Shown: positions 43,787 to 58,548 of the stretch, one piece after another | How the letters are laid out: the number at the start of each line of letters is the position of its first letter | Numbering within the stretch: the stretch's first letter is position 1 | Assembly (NCBI RefSeq): GCF_009914755.1 | Contig: NC_060928.1 | Reading direction: 5' to 3' (one strand) | DNA: 64,000 bases | From: the human T2T-CHM13v2.0 reference genome, Homo sapiens | Made by a program: the position numbers and the translations under genes | The notes under the pieces: generated by a model | What the model saw: only the letters and a program-made list of their open reading frames with translations | The model's database searches: none | What the model was told of the DNA's origin: nothing

Positions 43787-45932
43787 TGATGACAGCCACG
43801 GGCCATCCAGATTGGCTGCTGCCATCACGCTGGTTACAGTGGGGAGGGGCAAGTGGTGGTGGCAGGAGCAGCTGTGTGAGTAGCAGTGGCGGTGGTGGGA
43901 CCCCTGCGCCCCACATCTCCTGTGTCCTGCATCCCCGAGGTAGCCTACTGCACTGCTCCTACCCTCACCCAGCCGGGCAGGCCCTACTCCCAGGCCCAGA
44001 GCCTCCACTACTCCGAATCCTTACCCATCAGTGTTCTCGTCTACAGCTGCTTGGGGATTGGGGAGGGAGGAGGTGGGCAGTCCCTGGAGCCTACCCCTGG
44101 GAGCCTCCCAGAAACTGCTATGATGGGGGCCACCGCCATGAGGCCAGGCCAAGTCACTCGCTGGCAGAGGAGCAGTGCAGTCAGGCACAGGTTGGGGGAT
44201 GAAGAAGCAGAGCTCTACCCAGGGTGGCACTGTGCTCCACAGAGCCAGTGGGAGCTGAGAACAAGCAAGGAGCCCCACCTCTTCCCAGTTGGTGGAGCAG
44301 GAGCGCCCCAGACACAACTGTAGCCTCCAAAGCTGCAGTTGCTGGGCACCCCTGTGTTCTTGGCAGCCAGAAGCAGGCAGGAGCCCCACCATCCCAGGCA
44401 CAGCTGCAGCCACCCAAGCCGCAGCTGTGGACCCAGGCATCCCTGCACTCTCAGGGGCCTGGAAAGGCCCCCCTTTCACCCTCAGGCTCGGAAGTGTCTG
44501 TTTCTGCTGCCTGGCTGCTCCCCACTTCTGGTACAGGCTCGGATCCTGGAGCAAAGATGGGACTAAGTCTGTGGGCCATCACAGCCTGGCCAGTTGTGTG
44601 TATGCTTGGGGCACTCCTGACATGTCAGCCCCCTACCACCTTGGCCACCTCCAGACTTTGGGCACCAAGGAGCATGGAAGGGAGGCCAAGGAGGGGCTGA
44701 GGGCAGCTTGACACTGGCCCGAAGGCACCCCTTGGCACAAACAGCCTGGGTGCCATGAAGGGTGGCAGGAGACAGGCTCCTGGGTGGAAGAGGGTGGGTC
44801 TCTGGTGAAGCCCCAGCTTCAAGCTGGGGAAGGCCTGAAGCCTGGGGGCCGTGCTGCTGGTCCCATAGACTGGAGTGGGAATGTGTGATGCTTTTCCCTG
44901 GGCCCACCCATGGCCACCCATGGACCAGTCAGCACCCACTTCCTTTCCTCTGAGGCCCATAAAAATCCCAGACTCAGCCAGACTCAAAGAGAGGATGGGA
45001 AGTGGATGGGGAGACAACAGGTTGACCAGCTGCAGAGAGAAAGTGAGGAGGCTGCAAGATGACCATTTGCAGAGAGGAGCTACCTTGTCCACTGAAAGCT
45101 GAAAAAGATGATAGGTTGACCAGCTGTGAAGAGGAGCTACCCTCTGTGCTCTCTGAGAGCTGAGCACTTGTTGGGATGACCTGCCTAGAAGAGAGGAGCT
45201 ACACTCTGTGCTGAGAGCTGAACACTCATTGAAACACCCTGGCTATGGAGAGAAGCTGCCCACTACAGGTCTCCTCTGAGCTGTTCTATTGGTCAATAAC
45301 ATGCCTCTTTGTCTTCCTCACCCTCCACTTTTCTGTGTACCTCATTCTGCCTGGACACAGGACAAGAACTTGTGACCCACTGAATGGTGAAGCTAAAAGA
45401 GCTGTAACATAAACAGGGCTGAAACATGTCCCTTGCTCACCACATTGAGTGTGAAGAGGACAGAAGAGCAATAGGCCTTTGGGGAGCCCAGACCTGAGAG
45501 CTCCCTGAGCCAGGGCTGTTACTCTCTCTTTCAGGCTCTGCAGTTTCTGGTGTCTCCAAGCTTCCAGGTGCTACCACATTCCCCGGTGCTAGCCGGGGCA
45601 GCTGCCTGCAGCACGCCTGATTGAGCTGCAGCCTCACAGAGAGCAGGAGCCCATGCTGGCACCTGGAGCTGCCTGTGCCATGTCAGTAGCCAGCGGGTCT
45701 GACTGTACACAGTGGCTGGACTCCATGCTCACTCACACACCCCTCACCACTCAACGCCTGACTTGCTGTCTCCCTTGGAGGCATAGGATCCAGGCCAGTA
45801 ATGCGAGCTGAACTTAGCCTGCCAGGCTGAGTGGGTGGAACAAGCCCAGCAGGCCCAAGCAAAACTTGAGCAAAGGTGCCACAAGCCAGAGATTTTCAGC
45901 CAGAAAAGTGACTCCCCAAACATCCAGTAGCA
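43787..45932 (+). mobile_element. MER52-family ERV1 solo LTR, 2146 bp (MER52D-like)
   Basis: TGATGACAGC...CCAGTAGCA termini; perfect 4-bp TSD TTAG (43783-43786, 45933-45936); GC-rich, CpG-depleted; repeated agaggagctacc units. Confidence 0.85.
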
Positions 45933-46024
45933 TTAGTTTGCTAAGGAAAATGGCCTCCAGCTCCATACATGTCCCTGCAAGGGACATGATCACATTCTTT
46001 TTTATGGCTGCATAGTAGTCCATG

Positions 46025-46050
46025 GTGTGTGTGTGTGTGTGTGTGTGTGT
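46025..46050. repeat. (GT)n microsatellite
   Basis: 13 GT units. Confidence 0.9.
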
Positions 46051-46176
46051 ACATGTTCTTTATCCAGCATATCATTGATGGACATTTAGGTTGATTCCAT
46101 GACTTTGCTACTGTGAATAGCGTCGCAGTGAACATATGCGTGAATGTGTCTTTTTAATAGAATAATTTCCATTCCT

Positions 46177-46489
<313 letters not shown>

Positions 46490-47384
46490 CTATTCCTTTG
46501 AGGATATGCCCAGTAATGGGATTGCTGGGTCAAATGTTATTTCTGTCTTTAAGTCATTGAGGAATTGCCACACTGTCTTCCACAATGGTTGAACTAATTT
46601 ACACTCTCACTAACAGTATATGTATTCCCTTTTCTACACGATCTCGCCAGCATTTGTTATTTTTTGACTGTTTAATAGTAGCCATTCTGACTGAGGTGAG
46701 ATGGTGTCTCATTGTGGTTTTGATTTGCATTTCTCTAATGATCAGTGATGTTGAGCTTTTTATCATATGATTGTTCACCACATGCATGTCTTTTTTTGAA
46801 AAGTGTCTGTTCATGTCCTTTTAATGTTTTTTTTTCCTTGTAAATTTAAGTTCCTTATAGAAGCTGGATACCAGACCTTTGTTGGATGGATAGTTTGCAA
46901 AGATATTCTCCCATTTTTTAGGTTGTCTGTTTACTCTGTTGATAGTTTCTTTTGCTGTGGAGAAGCTCTTTTGTTTGTTTAGATTTTGTTTGTCGATTTT
47001 TACTTTTGTTGCAATTGCTTTTGGCTTCTTCATCATAATATCTTTGCCCCTGACTATGTCCTGAATGGTATTGCTTCAGTTGTCTTCCAGGGTTTTTATA
47101 GTTTGGGGTTTTACATTTAAGTCTTTAATTCATCTTGAGTTAATTTTTGTATATGTTGTAAGTCAGGGGTCCACTTTCAGTCTTCGGCATATGGTTAGCC
47201 AGTTATCCCAGCACAAGTTATTGAACAGGGAATGCTTTCTCCATTGCTTGTTTTTGTCAGGTTTGTCAAAGATCAGATAGTTGTAGGTTTGCAGTCTTAT
47301 TTCTGGGTTCTCTATTCTGTTCCCTTGGTCTATGTTTCTGTTTTTGTACCAGGGCCATGCTGTTTCGGTTACTGTGGCCTTGTA

Positions 47385-47458
47385 TTGGGTTGGTGCAAAA
47401 GTAATTGCTGTTTTTCCATTACTTTTAATGACAAAAACTGCAACTGTGCACCATCGTA
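47385..47458. mobile_element. MADE1 (Hsmar1-derived MITE), right TIR partly deleted
   Basis: ta-ttgggttggtgcaaaagtaattgctgtttttccattacttttaatgacaaaaactgcaa...tgcacca palindrome inserted after TA in L1 ORF2. Confidence 0.88.
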
Positions 47459-49517
47459 TAGTTTGAAGTCGATGGCATGATGCCTCCAGCTTTGTACTTT
47501 TTGCTTAGGATTGTGTTGGCAATTTGGGCTCTTTTTTTGGTTCAATATGAATTTTAAAATAGTTTTCTCTAGTTCTGTGAAGAATGTCAATGGTAGTTTA
47601 ATAGGATAGCATTGAATCTATAAGTTGCTTTGAGCAGTATGGCCATTTTAATTCAAGTAACAACTGATATTTCTTTCCCAAATCTTTTTCTGAGGCTGTA
47701 TTTATCATAACATAATAAATAAGTAACCAAGGGCATTACAAGAAAGAAAAATTACCAATTGATCTCTCTTGCGCAATTAGATACATATATATCCTAAACA
47801 GAAGATGAGTGGAGTTTATTTCAGAAATGTGATGCTGATTTAATATTTGAGAAGCAATTATTATAATGTATCCACCACATTAATGAAAAAGTGAGAAATA
47901 TTATATAATCATTTTAATGTATATGGAAAAATGATAAAATTTAACAACCATTCATGATACAGACTCCTTGCAAACCAAGAATAAAATGAATCTTTTTTAA
48001 TTTTGTAAAGAAATAATACAAAACCTATAGTAAATATCACATTAAATGATAAAAATATTTAAATATTTCTCCCACAGATAAGCAAATAATTACATTTGCC
48101 CATTGTTACTGTTTCATTCAACACCATCCTGGTGGTCCAAGACAGTGTAATAAGACAAGATAAAATTTAAGGTATAAAAACTGGAAAGAAAGAACTAAAA
48201 CAGCCATTATTTGCCAATTACAGAATGATATAATTAAAAAAATACAGGAAAATTTATGAATTTAGCAATGTTTGTGGGTAAACCTCAAGAAACAAATCAG
48301 TTTTATTTCTATATCTAAAAAAACCAGAAAATTAATTTGCATTATTTAAAGCATTATTTTCACTGTTACAAAGAAACATTAAATACTTCAGTACAGCTGA
48401 TAAAAGTTTTGCAATAAGCTTGAAACCACGAAAACATTTTGAGAAAATATTTAAAAGCCTATAAAAGGATGAACATGTTATGTATATGTTTTTAATGCTA
48501 TACAAAATATCAGATGTTTCTAAGCTGATCTATATTTTCAGTGATATCCCCATTTAAATACCAGCCACTTTGTGGGGAAACAGATGATTGACAAGCACAT
48601 CTAAAATTTACATAAAATAGCAAATGACCAAGAATATCCACAGCTGGCACAAAGACCAAAACAAGAATTTACACTATTAGAGATCAAGACAAAATAGAGC
48701 CTAGAAATAGAACTCAGAATGTACATCCACTTGACACATGATAAAAGCTATATTAGAATTCCACAAGGAAAATAGAAACGTTTTATTAAATCTATCTAGA
48801 TTAATTAGATATCCTTTTTAAAAATGTATCTTAATCCCCATTTTATACCATATCCAGAACATAGATATTTAACACATTAAAAGATAAACCTATAAAGCTA
48901 TAAAAGAAAACGAAGGTGAACATCTTCATGACTCTGATGTAGGCAAAGTTTTGTCAAAGACAAAGGACTAATAATGTAAGTATAAAAATGATACGCTGTA
49001 CTACAGTGAGATGTGTATTCATCAAAGTACATTAGAGGAATGTAATGGAAAATCAGAATATGAGAAGAGATATTTACAATACACATTCTCCAAGAAATGC
49101 ATATACTCAGAATATATACAAAGGGATTTTAAGAGCAGTTATGAAATGACAGGCTGTCTCCAAAGAAAAATTGGCAAAATTATAAAGAAGTAATTCACAA
49201 GAGATTATTCAAATGGACAATAAATGCATAAAAATGTGCCCTTAACTCTCCTAGTAATGAGGCACAAAAGCAAATAAGAGATAATGCTACATTCCCAGCA
49301 GAATCACTAAAATAATGAAGAGATTGAAAGACAAGGTCAAGACACATTGTAGAACAAAGGCAGCTCTCATACACAGCTGGTGAGTAAACTGCTATAATCA
49401 CTTTGAAAAGCTATTTGGTACAATTACTAAGGTTGAACTCAGGCATAATTATGGTAAATAATTTTAGTTCTCTGTGTATACCTAAAACAAATGTGTACAT
49501 ATGTTCATCAAACATAT

Positions 49518-49608
49518 GAGGGAGGGAGGGATGGAGGGAGGAAGAGAGAGAGAGGCAGGGTGGGGGGGGGGTAGAGAGAGAAACAGAAAGAGAGAGAGAG
49601 AGAGAGAG
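49518..49608. repeat. Polypurine G/GA-rich tract with (GA)n
   Basis: gagggagggagggatggagggag...G9...(GA)10. Confidence 0.85.
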
Positions 49609-49802
49609 CCATAATGTTCAAAGTAGTACTGCACGTAGTAGTTTAAAATCAGAAATACCCAAATGCCCTTGAACAGTAGAATGTGTAAATATGTTGCAGT
49701 ATTTTTAAAAACGAAATGCTACATAGAAATGATAGCAAAATATAATGGAATCTCATAAACATAAATGAAGAGCAAATGAAGCCAGTTACAAACACTGTAT
49801 GA

Positions 49803-50161
<359 letters not shown>

Positions 50162-51292
50162 TACATATCTATAGTTTTCAAGTCACAATGGTAGTGTGGT
50201 GTCTCTGCAATCCAAGGTGGTGGGAGTTTAGGAAGGTTATGATTGGTAAGAGCACAAGTAGACTTTGAGGATGTCAGAAATGTTGGGTTTCTTGATCTGG
50301 GTTCTGGCTACACAGTTTCTTATTTTGTAAAATTCATTGAGCTTTACATATACAGTATGCATACTTGTTTGCAGGTGGGTTGTGCTGAATAGATAGTTTA
50401 AAATGTTTGCATAGAAGGACTAGCATTAAACGGATTAAAATAGTAAGAATGTGTATCTCTGTAAGAGAGAGTCCATCATCCTCTCACCTGTTTCAGAGAT
50501 TGTATGACTAATAGAATTAGTATTCAATGAGATGTTAGGCAGTGTCTAAAAATAAGCTATATAATCAAATATCTTGTACTTGGTGAACTACCATTAATAT
50601 TCTCATTTTAAAAACAATGAGAAACTTCAGAGAAAGCACAGCTATTTTATATTGTAAACTTAGAATTTCACAAAACTAATAGTCAGTGGGATATTAGCTC
50701 CATTATATTCTCTTCAAATGCCTAGAAGAATTCAATAATTTTTCAAAAAAAAACTTTGAGAAATACTTTACTTCCTAAAATATTCTGAAATGTTATCAAC
50801 TAAGAAATAAGCTATAGATTACCATAGCAGTTCACAAACTCCTCCTGCCCTAGAGGCTCCAATTGAAAGCCAAAGTAAGCCCTAGCTTTTATAACTAATT
50901 GATGATATTCCTGGTTCTCAAACTCAGGTATAAAGAAGCTATGATTTTCTATACATCAATTCAGTCTTTGAATCACTATTCATTTGCATCATTTAAAAAC
51001 TGGACCTCGGCTCCAGCCTAGTTTTCATTCTCTCCTGTAAGGCCCTGATTTGCCCCCTCTTGCTCACTCTGCTCTAGCCACAGCGGCCTTCTAGTAGTTT
51101 TTGAAACAAACCAGGCACCCTTCTTTCCTACCTGGGGCATTTGTATGTGCTGCTCTCATTGCATGAGTCTTCCTCACATTTTCATATGTCCTGCATTCTC
51201 ACCTCCTTCATTGTCTTGAAGCAAATGTCACCTTATCAATAAGGCCTTACAGTATAAAATTGCAAGCGGTCAACCTTCTTTATAGCCACTTT

Positions 51293-51643
51293 TCTTTTCT
51301 TTTCTTTTCTTTTCTTTTCTTTTCTTTTCTTTTCTTTTCTTTTCTTTTCTTTTCTTTTCTTTTTTGAGATGGAGTCTTGCTCTGTCGCCAGCCTGGAGTA
51401 TAGTGGCGCAAACTCAGCTCACTGAAACCTCCGGCTCCCAGCTTCAAGTGATTCTCCTGACTCAGCCTCCCGAGTAGCTGGGACTACAGGTGCGCACCAC
51501 CATGCCCAGCTAATTTTTGTATTTTTAGTAGAGACGAGGTTTCACCATGTTAGCCAGGATGGTCTTGATTTCTTGACCTCGTGATCCACCCACCTCAGCC
51601 TCCCAAAGTGCTGGGATTACAGGCGCGAGCCACTGCACCTGGC
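51293..51643 (-). mobile_element. AluSc-like with long (CTTTT)n tail
   Basis: ctgtcgccag 1-nt deletion and gccaggatggtc diagnostics; ~14 CTTTT units. Confidence 0.92.
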
Positions 51644-51679
51644 CTATGTTTTTTTTTTTTTAATTTGAAAATTCAGCTA

Positions 51680-53121
<1,442 letters not shown>

Positions 53122-53189
53122 TATAGCCACTTTCTGCTCCATGTTTCTCCCTAGCATGTCTCACAATCTTGCATAGCACATTTATCATT

Positions 53190-53633
53190 AGATATGTATA
53201 ATGATATCTATATCTACCTATATCTATAAATATCTATAATGATATATTTACATATATCTATTTATAAATATATAATTATATAAATTATATAATTATAGAT
53301 CTATAGTGACATATAATTATAGATAGATGTAGATATAGATATCACTATCCATATATAATGTGTGTACCAACCACATTAATGAAAAAATGAGAAATATTAT
53401 ACAATCATTTTAATTTACATGGGATAAAATTATAAAATTTAACAGCCATTCATGAGACAGACTCTTTGCAAACCAAGAATAAAATGAAACTTTTTAATTT
53501 TGGAAAGAAATAATACAAAACCTATAGTAAATATCATATTAAATGATAAAATATTTTCTCCCACAAATAATAAAATAACTACAACTGCCCACTGTTACTA
53601 TTTCATTTAAAGCTATGTTGGTGGTTGAAGACA

Positions 53634-53668
<35 letters not shown>

Positions 53669-53737
53669 ATTTTATTACATATGATTTTATTATATATAAT
53701 TTTATTTTATATATAAGTTTATTTTTATATATATTTA

Positions 53738-53780
<43 letters not shown>
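53190..53780. repeat. TA-rich low-complexity tracts (53190-53355, 53635-53780) enclosing a duplicated L1M piece
   Basis: Directly visible (TA)n runs. Confidence 0.85.
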
Positions 53781-53784
<4 letters not shown>

Positions 53785-55264
53785 GTGACCTTAGAACAAG
53801 AACTCACTCATCACCAAAGCCCAAGCAATTTATGAGGTATGCACCCCATGATACATATATAGCTGAAGCCCCGTATAAAATATATATATGTCTCCCTCCC
53901 TTTTCCCCTATGGCTACATTCTTGGCACCCAGAGCAGTGCCTGGCACAGAGGAGATGCTAGATATACACTTGTTGAATGAGTGAATGGGAGTATTATCAG
54001 TGCATCTCAATGGGCTCCATAGCAAACCCTCAGTCTTTGAATTTCAAAGTTCATTTTGAGATACCCATCACTCAAGTCTACATGGCCCTCAGACAGTATT
54101 ACAACTTGCATGCAAACTGTCACAGAAAACTTTTGTTATTTACTTATTGTCCTGTCTATCCAGATTCTCTATGAGAGTATCTCTCTCCCCACTCTTGCCA
54201 CTGCCTTGATTATGCTAATCAAAAGAAAGTTGTGCTTTCCTTCTGCTCTTGGACCTAAAGATCTTTTGCACTGTCTTTTCTCAGCCACAGTACAAAAGAA
54301 TAACTAATAATGTATGGCTTTCTTAAAAATATTATGAAACTTTGCAGCCATTTAAAATTATACAAAATAAAACTCCTGTGTTATTTGTTATTTGTATATG
54401 TTCGAACATATACAAAATGTATATAACAGTATATTAAACTCCATTAGTCAAATTTACCAACTCATGGCCAATTATGTAATGCCTGTACTGTCATCCACTT
54501 CCCCCTTGATTATTTCGAAGCAAAACAAGACATATTTTTATAAGTAAATTTTCAGTATGTATTTACTATGTGTTATTTAAAGATAGAACTCTTTAAAAAT
54601 TGTAACCATAATACTATATCACTCCTTAAATGATTAACAGTAATTCTTAATGTCTTCAAATATCTAGCCATTGATAATATTTTTCCTATTGTCTCTCTTT
54701 TGTTAAATTAAAAAATAGAAATAACTGGAGTCCATAGGTTTAATTGGTTGATATCTTTTTTATTTAGAGTGATATATCCCAGTTGTCTGGGTGGCATCCC
54801 TGCTTACACAGTTTGGCCAAGCATAATTTTTAATAGTAACCCCTTTCATTCTCAAAGTGTCCTGTTTACATGACCAATTATATAGTTATCTTTTGCATAA
54901 CTGTCCTTTAATGTATAGGTTCTACCTTTTCCTCTTTACTTTCCCGTTAGATTGTAGTTTTGTTGAAGAAGCAGGTTGGCTATCCTACAGATATTTTTGT
55001 AATCTCTAATTTGGCATTTGCACCATTTTTTATTGTTGAACACGTTCTTCTGTTCTCAGTATTTCTGGGTAAACTGGTTTTAAGATATAGTGCCATGGTG
55101 AGATGCAAGTTTGGTTGTTTCAGTGAAAGTATTTCCTAGATGGTATTTCATACTTCCAACGAGTGAGATATAAATCTTGATAAATTTTTCTCTTGTGATG
55201 CTAACAAGCATTAGTAATCAACTCCTAGATTCATTATTTGATTGGGGTTAAAAATTGTAGACAT

Positions 55265-55745
55265 GTAATATATATATATATAAAATATATATAAATATAT
55301 ATATAATATATATAAAAAATATATAAATATATATATAATACATATATATACATAAAGGGGAGTAGATTAAGTATTAACTCACACAATCACAACGTCCCAC
55401 AATAGGCCGTCTGCAAGCTGATGAATAAGGAGAGTCAGTCCCAGTCCCAAAACTGAAGAACTTGGAGTCTGATGTTCAAAGGCAGGAAGCATCCAGAACT
55501 GGAGAAAGATGCAGGCTGAGAGGCTAGACCAGTCTAGTCTTTTCACGTTTTTCTGCCTGCTTTATATCCTGGCCACACTAGCAGTTGATTAGATGGTGCC
55601 CACCCAGATTAAGGGTGGGTCTGCCTTTCGCAGCCCGCTGACTCAAATGTCAATCTCTTTTGGCAACACCCTCACAGACACACCCAGGATCAATACTTTG
55701 CATCCTTCAATCCAATCAAGTTGACACTCAGTATTAACCATCACA
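55265..55745 (-). mobile_element. MLT2A (HERV-L LTR), 3' end lost at a TA-rich tract (55265-55352)
   Basis: Minus strand begins TGTGATGGTTAATACTGAGTGTCAACTTGATTGGATTGAAGG. Confidence 0.88.
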
Positions 55746-56106
55746 ACTTCTAATATTCCTTCCTAATTTTTAGGTAGAAAATGATTTCAAAAAGAAGTTT
55801 CCTCCGTCAACATTTAGATTCCCAGAGGTATAGTTGTTTAGGAAATGCAGAATAAATGCTTGATGTTTCTCGTTGTTTGTCAGTTTTTAAAATGTTAAGT
55901 TTCATACTTAACAACCACAAAAGTGACAATTGTTAGCTCATGGATTTAAAATGTTGTATGTGTTTCAATTCATTACAATAATTATTGTTGAAGCTCAATT
56001 TTCCTATCTTCTGCCAATGGTCGATTCCTCTTGCTGGATTCTCTGAACTTTAAACAAGAAAATAAGAATATTTAACAGCATACTTCCATTTAAGTTTGGC
56101 AAGATG

Positions 56107-58548
56107 CAGGTATATCTTAGAGGTATTCCAGGTTCTGTTCCAGAACACTGCAATTAGGCCAATATCACAATAAAGTGAGTCACATGAATGTTTTTTCTTC
56201 TCAGTGCAAATTAGTTAGGTTTATACCACATTGTATTCTGTAGTGCAATAACACTACTTCTTAAACAGTGTACATATCTGACTTGAAAATAATTTACTGC
56301 TAAAAAATGCTAATGATCATCTTAGCTTTCGGCAAGTCATAATCTTTTTGTTGGTGGAGGACCTTGCCTCGATGTTCATTGCTGTTCCCTGATCAGGGTG
56401 ATGGTTGCTAAAGGTTAGGAGGGCTGTCGCAATTTCTTCAGATAAGACAACAATGAAGTTGCCATATTGATTGACGCTTCCTTTCACAAAAGATTTATCT
56501 GTAACATGTGATGTTGTTTCATAGCATTTTCACCATAGTAGAACTTCTTTCAAAATTAGAATCGATCCTCTCAAAACCTGCTGCTGCTTTATTATCTAAG
56601 CATATGTAACCTTCTAAGCCCTTTGTTGTCATTTCAACAGTTGTCACAGCATCTTCACCAGCGGAAGATTTGTCTCAAGAAATCACTTTGCTCATTCATG
56701 AGAAGCAGTACTCCATCCTTTCAAATTGTATTGTGGGACTACAGTAATTGAGTTATATTTTCAGGCTTCACTTATCATTCTAATATTCTCTTGCTATTTC
56801 CACCTTATTCGCAGTTACTTCTTCCACTGAAGTCTTGACTCTTTCAAAGTCATCCATGAGAGTTGGAATCAACTTCTTTCAAGCTCCCATTAATGTTGAT
56901 ATTTTTACCTCCTCCCATGAAACACAAGTGTTCTTAATGACATTTGGAATGATGAATTGTTTTCAGAGATTTTCAATTTACTTTGGCCAGATCTATCAGA
57001 GTAATCACTATCTATTGCAACTATAGCCTTATGAAATATATTTCTTAAATAATAAGAATTAAACTTCAAAATTACTCCCTGATCCATAGGCTGCAGAATG
57101 GCTGCTATTTAGTAGGCCTGAAAGCCATATTAATCTTTCTTTACAGCCCCATCAGAGCTCTTGGATGACCAAGTGCTTTGTCAATGAGTAGTAATATTTT
57201 GAAAGGCATCTCTTTGTCTGGGCGATAGGTCTCAACAATGGGTTTAAAATATTCAGTAAACAATGTGGTTAAAATGGATGTGTTGTCATCCAGGCTTTGT
57301 TGTTTCATTTCTACAGCACAGGAAGAGTAGATTTGGCAAAATTCTTAGTGCCCCAGGATTTACAGTGTAGTAAATGAGCATTGGCTTCATCTTAAAGTCA
57401 CTAGCTACATTAGCTCCTAACAAGAGTGTCAGCCTGTCCTTTAAAGCCTTGAAGCCAAGCATTGACCTCTGTCCAGCTTTGAAAGTCCTAGATGGTATCT
57501 TGTTTCAATAGAAAGCTGTTTTATCTACATTGAAAATCTGTTGTTTAGTGTGGCCACCTTCATCAATGATCTTAGCTAGATTTTCTGAATAACTTGCTAC
57601 AGCTTCTGGAAAAGCACGTGGTGCTTCACCTTGTACTTGTACATTATGAAGATGGCTTATTCCCTTAAGCTTCAGAAAAGAACCTCTGCTAGCTTTCAAC
57701 TTTTCTTCTGTAGCTCCCTCACCTCTCTAAGCCTTCGTAGAATTGAAGAATTATTGCTTTGAATTAGGTTTGGGCTTAAGGGAACATTGTGGCTGGTTTG
57801 ATCTTCTATGCAGACTCTCAGATGTATTGCTTGTACACAAAATGCAGAATAAATGGTAGGTGCTTTATTTCATTTGCTGGTAAAACTTTCTCCACATTGG
57901 CATTAATGCTGTTTTATTTATTTATCTTTCATGTTCTCACTTGAGTAGCATTTTTAATTTTCTTCAAGAATTCTTCCTTTGCATTCATAGTTTGGCTTTT
58001 TGGCACAAGAGGACTAGCTTTTGATCTATGTAATCTTTCAACACGCCTTCCTCACTAAGATTAATCATTCTTTGCTTTTGATTTAAAGTTAAAACATGTG
58101 ACTGTTCCTTTCACTTAAACATTTAGAGGCCATTGAAAACATTTATTGGCCTAGTTTCAATCTTGTTGTGACTCAGGGAAGAGAGAGACTGAAAAAGAGG
58201 AAGAGAGATGTGGGGGAACAACAAGTCAGTGGAATGGTCAGAACACACACAATACCTACTAAGTTTTCTGTCTTATATGGGCATAGTTCATGGCATCCCA
58301 AAACTACAACAGTAATATCAAATATCACAGATCACAGATTGCCATAGCAGATATAAAAATAATTTAGAAATTTGAAATATGGTAAGAATTACCAAAATGT
58401 GACACAGACATAAAGTGAGCTCATGCTGTTGGAAAAATGGCACCAATAGACAGGCTTGACACAGGGTTGACACAAACCTTCAATTTGTAAAAAGCATAAC
58501 ATCTGCAAAGTGCCATAAAGCGAGGTGAGATAATACAACTTATGCCTG
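56107..58548 (-). mobile_element. Full-length Tigger1 (pogo-like Tc1/mariner DNA transposon), transposase decayed
   Basis: TIR remnants caggtatatct...tatgcctg-TA; ~2.44 kb; minus-strand peptides KASRG...HNVQVQGEA...QQIFNVDKTAFY (57505-57699) and [15 protein letters not shown] (56905-57087). Confidence 0.92.

Noticed and set aside
43763-45637. Many overlapping 100-180 aa ORFs suggesting a GC-rich gene or CpG-island promoter
   Set aside because: All lie inside the TSD-bounded MER52 LTR; stop codons are scarce because of GC content, and I recognise no domain.
56107-58548. Domesticated TIGD-like transposase gene
   Set aside because: Only ~60-aa fragments stay open and TIRs are retained, as expected of a neutrally decaying Tigger1.
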